Below are positions 56,693 to 64,000 of a DNA stretch of 64,000 nt, in pieces. Each line of letters begins with the position of its first letter. The first letter of the stretch is position 1. The DNA comes from a virus. The notes beneath the pieces were generated by a model, which saw nothing but the letters and a program-made list of their open reading frames with translations, did no database searches and was not told the DNA's origin. The position numbers were made by a program, and so were the translations under genes. The stretch lies in the IMG/VR virus record IMGVR_UViG_3300043425_001190, positions 1-64,000 of that record. One strand, 5' to 3'.

Positions 56693-59062
56693 TTAGCCTT
56701 TCTGGCGGATAACCTCGGTGAGGTTGGCCCCGACTCTTGAGGCGATCATGTTGATGATGATGAATTCACCGGTTCTGGCGGCGTCGAGGGCGAGGTCAAC
56801 CACCAGTTCGTTCTTTTCCAGAACTTCCGGGGTGTTGTTCGTCTCATCGCAGACGAGAAGGAAGTCGTTGAGACCCTCCTTCGACTTGGCGTAATCAAGC
56901 AGAGGCTTGATAGCGTCGACCACTCTGGTGCGTGTTGGATAAGTGTTGTTCTTGAAGACGAAGCGGTACATGATACGCGAAATGCGCTTTTCCAGTACCA
57001 GGAACAGCAGGCGGACGTTGATCCGGCTGAAGGCCGAGGTAGTGGTAAGCAGAGTCTTCTGACCCCAAACGATGGTGCCATAGGCGGGCAGGTTGATGAT
57101 GTTGTTGATGCCACGCTTGTACAGGACACCTTGCGAGTCCGGGGTGGGGTTGATTGCGAGCTGAAGGGCACCGGGGATGGTAGCTCTGTCGATACCAGCG
57201 GGGGCGAACCAGGGCTCTTCTTGCTTCGACATCTTACCAATGACAGCGGCCACTTTGGACGAGACTGGGTGCCAGTATTGACCTTTATTGTAACGGTCGC
57301 GCATCTTCACCCAGTTTCCGTAAACGGCGAGGTAGCTGGAAGCTAGGACACCCTGGCTGTAGCTGCCGCAATCGCGGTTGAACCGGTCGTTCAAGACCTT
57401 GTCAAGGCAATCGTTGTAGCTGACACCATCAGAACCGCTCTCGTCGCCAACAATGTATTTTTCAACGCGACCGGGCATTGCTTCGCCCATACCGACCTGT
57501 CCGGAGACAACGTATTGACGGGGAATGTCGATGAGGACAAGCACGTCTTTACGGGTCAGGTTGGCGAAGTTGTGGTATTGGTCGATGATGTTGTCGTAGT
57601 TGGTGGTGTTGAACGTACTGCCAAGGACGATGTGGTTGGTGAATTCATACATACGGTCCATGGCGTAGGTTGGGCCGTAGTACGAACCGCTGGGGCTGAG
57701 GCTGGTGGCGTTGGTAGCACCGGCAATGGTTGATAGGCCAGCGTCGACAAGCAAGTCAAGGGGAACTTGCTGCGGGTTGGCGATCTTTGGCATGGCCAGA
57801 ACGAGTTTGGCGTTGACGTCACCGATGATCATGTTTTCACGTGACATTTTGGAGTGGGACAAGCTGTAGGTGCGGTTACCATCACCGAGTGGAGAAACCT
57901 TCACGGAGGTGGGGCTGATGACCTCGGTGACCAGGTGGGTGGCCAGAGTGACACCGTAAGCTCTCTTGTAGGTGCCACCATCGTTGTACACTTTGTCTTG
58001 TACAACTAGGTTGTTGCCGGTGACGGTGGTGGAGTTGGCGATGGTTGGTTTCTTCTGAATGACGATACCATCCGAGAAGTGAGCCCAGTCGGTGAGGTCG
58101 TCGGCGGTGGAGCTGCGGCCAGTGTAAGCGCGGATTCTGGTTGAGTTGTTGTTGATGACGTCTTCGATGAAGAGGGTGTTGCCGTAGCTGTCAGTCTTGG
58201 CGGGGTCGAGAGAAACATCATAGCGTTCAACGATGGTCATGGTACCACGGTCGGCCTGGAATTGCGAAGAGGCGTTGTAACGGAACAGGATGACACTGAT
58301 GCTGTCTTTCGACATGACGTTCTGGATGCCGGCCCAGGCGGCAGACGAAACCGACTTGATGTCAACGTCAACGATTTTGGAGTTGTCGTATTCACCGTAG
58401 ATGGCGGCGCTGTTGACGTATGGAACGGTGTCGGCTAACCAGGTGGGGCGGGTAGCCGGGGTTGCAGCGGTGAACGAGTCGATGATGGCCAAGTAGAGGT
58501 CGCCGTCGCCGTTTGGGGCGTTGTCGACGCTGCGGTTGACGAACAGGATATCTCCAATGCCGATTTGGCCGAGGGTGCCACCAAGAGAGGTGGTTCTGTC
58601 ACCAGCGGCTAGGGCGGTGAGCTCGGTATCGGTGATGGTAGCCTGGGTACCGTCCATGGCGTTGGTGCCGGTAATGACTGAGCTGAGAACGGTGTAGTTG
58701 CCGGCAGCAAGACCATAGTCTGCACTGACACCACTTGAGGGGGCTGCGAAGGTCATTTTGAAGGCTGAGTGCTTGATCTCATCAGCATCACCGTAGGGGA
58801 GACGGACGCCGATCACAGCACCAGTTTCGTTGACAACATCAATGAGTGAGTGTACGAAGTAACGTTCGGCTTCGTTGGTGGGCTGACCCCAGTTACTAAC
58901 GACTTCCTCCTGGGTGGTAGCAACCATCGGCTCAAGAGAACGGCCTTTCTGTGAGAAACCAAAGGCCACGCCAACCGTGCTTTCTTGAACGGTGGCCGGA
59001 ACTTCCGACATATCAATCTCGTTAATGATAACGCCCGGGGCGTTCTTTGCGTTGTTGGCCAT
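56693..59062 (-). CDS. gp18: contractile tail sheath protein
   Basis: PGV.I.EID.S, PWFAPAG..R, LY..GIN, WGQKTL.....AFSRINVR.L, F..N...TR, VCDETNNTP. Confidence 0.95.
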   Translation of the reverse strand: MANNAKNAPGVIINEIDMSEVPATVQESTVGVAFGFSQKGRSLEPMVATTQEEVVSNWGQPTNEAERYFVHSLIDVVNETGAVIGVRLPYGDADEIKHSAFKMTFAAPSSGVSADYGLAAGNYTVLSSVITGTNAMDGTQATITDTELTALAAGDRTTSLGGTLGQIGIGDILFVNRSVDNAPNGDGDLYLAIIDSFTAATPATRPTWLADTVPYVNSAAIYGEYDNSKIVDVDIKSVSSAAWAGIQNVMSKDSISVILFRYNASSQFQADRGTMTIVERYDVSLDPAKTDSYGNTLFIEDVINNNSTRIRAYTGRSSTADDLTDWAHFSDGIVIQKKPTIANSTTVTGNNLVVQDKVYNDGGTYKRAYGVTLATHLVTEVISPTSVKVSPLGDGNRTYSLSHSKMSRENMIIGDVNAKLVLAMPKIANPQQVPLDLLVDAGLSTIAGATNATSLSPSGSYYGPTYAMDRMYEFTNHIVLGSTFNTTNYDNIIDQYHNFANLTRKDVLVLIDIPRQYVVSGQVGMGEAMPGRVEKYIVGDESGSDGVSYNDCLDKVLNDRFNRDCGSYSQGVLASSYLAVYGNWVKMRDRYNKGQYWHPVSSKVAAVIGKMSKQEEPWFAPAGIDRATIPGALQLAINPTPDSQGVLYKRGINNIINLPAYGTIVWGQKTLLTTTSAFSRINVRLLFLVLEKRISRIMYRFVFKNNTYPTRTRVVDAIKPLLDYAKSKEGLNDFLLVCDETNNTPEVLEKNELVVDLALDAARTGEFIIINMIASRVGANLTEVIRQKG

Positions 59063-59139
59063 GTTATTCTACTCCGTATTTGTGGGATGTGCTAAAGTAT
59101 TTACCTCAGCTACCGGCATACGGACACAGTATTTTTAAC

Positions 59140-59760
59140 TCAAAGCGAGGCTGGTGGCCTGGTGAGTTTATTCCACCTGTAAACAGGGAAATCGTATGAT
59201 AACTTAGCGGTAGATTTAACGTATTCCTCACCTGACTCGTCATAAGCCATTACTGTTGGTGACAGCATGGTAATAAAGGCTCCATTTAGTGTGCAGGTCA
59301 TCACCGGTTCGTCGAAGTTGTCCAACGCGGTAATGGTTACGTTGATATACGGAGAAATTTCCTCACCTTTCAACCCGCTTGGTTTGTCTTTGTTACTGAT
59401 CTGACCATTCATACCCAGGAATTGGAAGCCAGTACCGTTCTCATGATTCTTAATGGCCTGGTTCCATATGTTTAAAATACCCCAGTTTACATACCAGTCA
59501 TCAACGGCGAACGAGAACTCGAAATCATCAAACGTGGTCTCGTTGCCATTCTGTTTGATTTGCATACCATACTGTTTAACAACAACAGGTGGTGTGTTCA
59601 TCCCCGGAATGGAACAACCAAATACGTTCATAGTCAAGGATTCTTCTTTGTACTCGGTAAACACCTCCCTAATAACTGGGATGATTGGGATGGTAATCAG
59701 GAATTTAGATTTTACTGCCTGGTTCTGGCCAATCGTTTTGGCGTTTAGGTTGTTTTCCAT
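59140..59760 (-). CDS. tail tube terminator / completion protein (gp3-like)
   Basis: F...IP, SIPG, F..F.F.F.VD....NW.....W, GAF...L pattern of gp3/gp19 fold. Confidence 0.65.
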   Translation of the reverse strand: MENNLNAKTIGQNQAVKSKFLITIPIIPVIREVFTEYKEESLTMNVFGCSIPGMNTPPVVVKQYGMQIKQNGNETTFDDFEFSFAVDDWYVNWGILNIWNQAIKNHENGTGFQFLGMNGQISNKDKPSGLKGEEISPYINVTITALDNFDEPVMTCTLNGAFITMLSPTVMAYDESGEEYVKSTAKLSYDFPVYRWNKLTRPPASL

Positions 59761-61484
59761 TAGTATCTTCCTTGTTTTATAACCGGGAATCCGTCTTTTT
59801 CCTCGTCGTAGTCAGATTTACCCTTCATGGTTGAGAAAGTAGACTTCTTGTACTTGTCAAACGAGTCTTCGTCGTCTTCCTCAGCAAAGTATCTTTTTGG
59901 TTTTTCCATCGGACTCATAGATTTAGCCGGTGTTTCAATATCATTTGTCTCAATCAGTTCTTCGAGTTCCTTATGGTTGGCCAGGTTGGCAATCATTGAA
60001 CTCATAACGTGGTCGTCTTTTTCCCCTTGACCGGCGTATGTGCCAAATGAAAGACGAACGAAACTGGCCAGCTGTTTGATAGTTTTAGCATCTCGTAGTT
60101 TTAGTCTTCCAGTCTCTACCATTCGTTTATAGTTGGTACACATCAGATTTTTGGTTACCTGGTTGGTGGTAATACCCTTTTTGCGTTTGTTACCTTGGCC
60201 GGCTCCATACGATATTAACCTGTCGTACTCGTAGTCTTTGAAAATTTCACTAGCAAGGTTACCCATATTGTTTTCCACCAAGAGGTTTGCCTCACCATAG
60301 AACCGGCAGATCTGAACCACTATTTCAGCCATATCGTACGACGGGGTCTTGTTAGAACTCCACACCGCAGCCTGCTCTATATTCATAGGATCAGTAATGT
60401 CGTATACGTCAACAACAGAGTCATCGCCACCACCACCTTCACCAAGGTCAACCCCGGCTGCATATGTTCTACCAGGTTGTGGTTCGGCATATATCCTAAA
60501 TTCAGACTCAACACCAATATCATATGTGGTCCTGACTGGGTCTGAGTGCATCATGTTTTCTAGGACGCCGGCAGATACTAGCGTCTGCTGTGACCCAAGG
60601 AATCTACACTCAAATTCCTGGAACCATTTAAGTTCGCCGATATCAGCAATAGTCTTGCGTTTAAACTCCTCATCCCTGCCTGGCGGTTCATCCCATTCGA
60701 TCTTCACCAGTTTGAACCGGTTTTCGCCTCTCTCCGCTCTCTTAACGATGGTGTGGAACTGATTGGCTATACCTTTAGGCGTTGAGATAACAATAATCTT
60801 GGTGGTTTCACCGGAAGAAACGGTAGCATAAACGGACGCCCAGAAAGGGCCGGCAACGTGTTCGGCAACGTGGGCAAATTCTTCTAGAACCAGCATATTA
60901 ATGGAGCCAGAACGACCAGAGTTGTCTGACGTGGCAGCAGCCGAGATGGTTGAACCATTGTCGAATTTAACACGCTCTTTACCCCATTCAACAACACCAG
61001 GCTTTAGCCAGTACGGCAGCTCTTCGTATGCCATCTTGATACGAGCCAGTATGTCTTTTGCAGCGTCAGCTTTATGGGCCAGGATGAGGATGTTATAGTC
61101 CTCGTTGAACATGGCATAATGTAAAATTGGAGCGGCTGTAGCTGTAGTCTTACCGCACTGACGTGGAGCCATGATACATGAGAATCTATCGTTGGCGATC
61201 GTATCGATTATACGTTGCTGGTATGGTCTAGGCTTGAACTTTACGCGGCCATGGTCAAGGGAGATAATGGTGATATACTTGATGAAGTGATCCATATCGA
61301 CAGCACATTTTGCCGTCTCAGTGATCTCTTCTGGTTTCCATACCCACTCAACGTCAGGAGCACGTAGGTTCTTGTTACCGTCACAATAAACCCTGTCTCT
61401 TGTTGGGGTGCCACGTTTATATGACAGTAATGGTCTAAACGGCCCCATTTCGGTATCAACAGGGTTGACTAACGTGGCAGCCAT
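59760..61484 (-). CDS. gp17: terminase large subunit
   Basis: PRQCGKT, ILAHK...A..IL.R....YE.LP, ISTPKG, F.QEFEC.F.GS, GVD...G.G.D.S, VENN, DD.VM. Confidence 0.95.
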   Translation of the reverse strand: MAATLVNPVDTEMGPFRPLLSYKRGTPTRDRVYCDGNKNLRAPDVEWVWKPEEITETAKCAVDMDHFIKYITIISLDHGRVKFKPRPYQQRIIDTIANDRFSCIMAPRQCGKTTATAAPILHYAMFNEDYNILILAHKADAAKDILARIKMAYEELPYWLKPGVVEWGKERVKFDNGSTISAAATSDNSGRSGSINMLVLEEFAHVAEHVAGPFWASVYATVSSGETTKIIVISTPKGIANQFHTIVKRAERGENRFKLVKIEWDEPPGRDEEFKRKTIADIGELKWFQEFECRFLGSQQTLVSAGVLENMMHSDPVRTTYDIGVESEFRIYAEPQPGRTYAAGVDLGEGGGGDDSVVDVYDITDPMNIEQAAVWSSNKTPSYDMAEIVVQICRFYGEANLLVENNMGNLASEIFKDYEYDRLISYGAGQGNKRKKGITTNQVTKNLMCTNYKRMVETGRLKLRDAKTIKQLASFVRLSFGTYAGQGEKDDHVMSSMIANLANHKELEELIETNDIETPAKSMSPMEKPKRYFAEEDDEDSFDKYKKSTFSTMKGKSDYDEEKDGFPVIKQGRY

Positions 61485-62014
61485 TATTTGTCACCGTTGC
61501 CTTTTTTAGCCAGGGCGATAATTTCACCACGGGTAAGAGCAACCGTGTTGTTCACCGTGTTACCATGGTTGATAGTTACGCTCGACGGGCCTTTAACCGT
61601 ATGTTTGATTTTCTTATTCGCCTGAAAGTCCCTGAATTCTCGGTCTCTCTTCTTGTTTTCAATAGATGCTAACTCTTTAGCTAACTTGGCCTGTGTCTCG
61701 AAGATTTTGGCTACAGAGTTTAACTCCTGAGCGTTTGGTAGCATACCAGAGCTGCTAATCACATTAGCGAATACCGTGCCAAGTTCGGCAACAATGGTTT
61801 GGCCAACTTTCATGGTATCTACTAAGGCCTGTTCGGCGTCAGTTTGGTTTTTTGAGTCAGTCTCGGTGTACTCTTCGATTTCACCTGGAGCTTTTTCTAA
61901 CAATTCGGTGTCAAACTCCGGTTCATCTGGTTCAACATCAATGACTACGGCGTCTGCCGGAGTTCTTGGTTTTTGTTCTATACCAAGCAGCTCTGAAATT
62001 TTATCTGTACCCAT
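61484..62014 (-). CDS. terminase small subunit (gp16-like)
   Basis: position before gp17; two helices then T.NN.V..TR.E pattern. Confidence 0.65.
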   Translation of the reverse strand: MGTDKISELLGIEQKPRTPADAVVIDVEPDEPEFDTELLEKAPGEIEEYTETDSKNQTDAEQALVDTMKVGQTIVAELGTVFANVISSSGMLPNAQELNSVAKIFETQAKLAKELASIENKKRDREFRDFQANKKIKHTVKGPSSVTINHGNTVNNTVALTRGEIIALAKKGNGDK

Positions 62015-62052
62015 TTATTCACCTGCTGTTCACCTGTAGTTACGCCAACCAG

Positions 62053-62967
62053 TTATCTGTAGTTGTTCAACAGGTCCTCGATGGTGGCCTCGCCTGATAC
62101 CATCAACTTACCAGCGTTAATGACATAATATCCGGGTGATGGTTCGTAAGTTGGCTCACCAGACCCGGCAATAGAGGTGTCTACCACGTTGCCTGAGACC
62201 AAGACGTCAGCCAACGATGATTGCATGCCGGAAACGGTGTCCCCAGATATTCCCCACGAGATGAGGGTATTGGCTGGTTCTTGCTTGGTTTGGTCTTTGA
62301 GGTAGGCACTGAACTCTGTGTAGATTCTGATGATCGGGCCATAATCGAAATCTTTGAACATAAAGTTCCAGGTATGAACTTTGACCGTGGCGGTAGAGGC
62401 GAAGTATTGAATCTTGTCGGTACCAAAAACGTGTTCTGGCTGGGTGCTACCATCCCATACCATCTTTAAGTTAACAAACCGTTCTTGTTCAGAGGCCGAT
62501 TCATCAACCCCGGGAACCGGCATTCGAACAAAGGCGTACGGCCTCATCCAGTAGAATTTGTTTTGGATAATCTGCTCCATATCTTCGGCCAACCTGGTAA
62601 AGATAGTGAGTTTGAAGGTCATCGTTACAGGTTGTGGTCTGTATTGTTCAACCGAACCGCCGCCAGGCATATTAAAAATGATGTTCTCGTGCATCCCGCG
62701 TTCGCGTTGTTTGTCATATTCAAGGCCACCGGTTGACGGCTCGATAACAATGAACGGCATTTTGTTTGGGAAGGTAGGCGGGTTTCCATGTCTGAGATCG
62801 CTGTAAACAGCAGTTTTTTCACCAACCACAGCCCTAACGGTGTACGTGCCTATAGGGTTGCGGTCTTTGTCCATCCGGTTGATGACAATATTATTGAAAA
62901 AGTCAGCAACCTGTACCACCGAGTAGTACAGGCTCATGTGATTACCGAATATCTGGTTAGTACTCAT
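62053..62967 (-). CDS. gp15: tail sheath stabiliser / completion protein
   Basis: F.NI.I.R, YD..R, P.P....F.L.I.TR...DM.QII. Confidence 0.8.
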   Translation of the reverse strand: MSTNQIFGNHMSLYYSVVQVADFFNNIVINRMDKDRNPIGTYTVRAVVGEKTAVYSDLRHGNPPTFPNKMPFIVIEPSTGGLEYDKQRERGMHENIIFNMPGGGSVEQYRPQPVTMTFKLTIFTRLAEDMEQIIQNKFYWMRPYAFVRMPVPGVDESASEQERFVNLKMVWDGSTQPEHVFGTDKIQYFASTATVKVHTWNFMFKDFDYGPIIRIYTEFSAYLKDQTKQEPANTLISWGISGDTVSGMQSSLADVLVSGNVVDTSIAGSGEPTYEPSPGYYVINAGKLMVSGEATIEDLLNNYR

Positions 62968-63674
62968 AGCTGGTCAAGCCCCGGAAGTTTATACCCACCG
63001 TAAGCTTTGTCTTCGCCTTTCGGGTAGTTGTAAATTGTGTCAGATTCAGATTCGATATCGTTATTATCGTCAAGAACATCACCAGGAACACCGTCATAAC
63101 CAACGTCGTTAGCCCGTGTGTTGATATACTTGGCACAGACAAGTTTCCACGTGTAGTATGCTGCCAACTGGGCGTTTGGAGCCTGGGTTTCATCTCTAAA
63201 TGTCACCTGGAAAGTGTCAGCTATGACGCAATGGAAGTTGAATATATCACCGGATTTTGGCATCGAGTTAGCACCAAACACCTGCTCGAACGAGTCTTTG
63301 CTGATGTTGATTTCAATCGTGGTTGTGTCGAAATATCCACCTGACATCATGGTAATGTTTATGGTGGGGTCAGCCGGCAGGACTCTGATTGTTCTTGGTT
63401 CTTCATACGGGGTAACGTGGTCCTCACCACGGATGTTGAACCTAGCTACCGAAGTATCTGGCATTTGTCTACGATAATGAACATCGATACCGAACAGGTT
63501 GATTTGGTCGGTATACCAGCTGGCGAATGTGTCCCTTGGGGTACCAAGGGTTGAGCATTGAAGCATACCAAAGCCGGTATTGGCGTCTTCACCAGTACCA
63601 TCTCCGTTGGTGGCAACAGGCATTGGGCACCCGTGACTACCACCACTCAACATGCTTCGCCAATCGTTCGCCAT
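62964..63674 (-). CDS. gp14: neck protein / head completion
   Basis: I..FG.DV.Y, GED, I....F...F.....P..GD, Y..KL.C..Y. Confidence 0.75.
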   Translation of the reverse strand: MANDWRSMLSGGSHGCPMPVATNGDGTGEDANTGFGMLQCSTLGTPRDTFASWYTDQINLFGIDVHYRRQMPDTSVARFNIRGEDHVTPYEEPRTIRVLPADPTINITMMSGGYFDTTTIEINISKDSFEQVFGANSMPKSGDIFNFHCVIADTFQVTFRDETQAPNAQLAAYYTWKLVCAKYINTRANDVGYDGVPGDVLDDNNDIESESDTIYNYPKGEDKAYGGYKLPGLDQL

Positions 63675-63675
63675 G

Positions 63676-63987
63676 TTACTTCAGAAGCCTTTTACAACGA
63701 GGACATTTTGGGCAGTCACCACTTGACAGGATACCAGAGTTAAGTGGACCACACTTTGGGCAGTTCATACCATTGGTGTTGGTTTTGTCGTACATCTCTT
63801 CTTCACCACGAGCCCAGGCCTCGGTGTACTTGTGGCGGGCGTTGGTGCTTTCGGCAAACGGGTTGGCCTTTTTACCGCCCTTCTTGCCGCCTTTAAGGAA
63901 GGCCGGTTTGCTGTCTTTATCGAAGGCATCAGGGGTGCCATCATCATCTTCGTCTTTTGAAAAATCCGGTTTACCTTTCTTTTTCAT
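63676..63987 (-). CDS. hypothetical protein with C-terminal zinc ribbon (may begin upstream of the window)
   Basis: CPKC..CPKCPRC; ends 1 nt before the gp14 start. Confidence 0.55.
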   Translation of the reverse strand: MKKKGKPDFSKDEDDDGTPDAFDKDSKPAFLKGGKKGGKKANPFAESTNARHKYTEAWARGEEEMYDKTNTNGMNCPKCGPLNSGILSSGDCPKCPRCKRLLK

Positions 63988-64000
63988 AAACTTTTTGAGG

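Noticed and set aside
1-64000. Stop-codon reassignment, tRNA genes, introns or inteins
   Set aside because: Core genes are full length in the standard code and end in all three stops; no tRNA cloverleaf or intein motifs were noticed by eye (tRNAscan-SE would be needed to exclude tRNAs).

Overview
This window is a 64-kb piece of a large T4-like (contractile-tailed) phage genome, with no host genes, tRNAs or CRISPR array recognised. The left half (1-31.3 kb) is mostly on the + strand. It holds many small hypothetical early genes with sigma70-type promoters, an SF2 helicase, a DUF932-like protein, DenV, a frameshifted conserved phage protein, rIIA/rIIB, a lysozyme-like protein, RNase H and primase. 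The right half (31.3-64 kb) is entirely on the - strand and is the late morphogenesis region: neck/tail completion, terminase, sheath, tube, tape measure, baseplate and fibres, driven by recurrent TAA(A/G)TA T4-late-like promoters. Four observations stand out. (1) A mucin-like (PPPVTTE)x13 protein is translationally coupled to a two-domain glycosyltransferase whose second domain has ppGalNAc-T-like motifs, inside the tail operon. (2) A ~180-nt rod-shaped non-coding RNA has 6S RNA hallmarks. (3) A late-promoter-driven holin-T-like membrane protein is paired with a stand-alone response-regulator receiver. (4) Two unrelated free-standing endonuclease genes share the same promoter plus TTTGCAS-loop hairpin leader. 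All family assignments are from motif recognition by eye; no database searches or folding programs were run.
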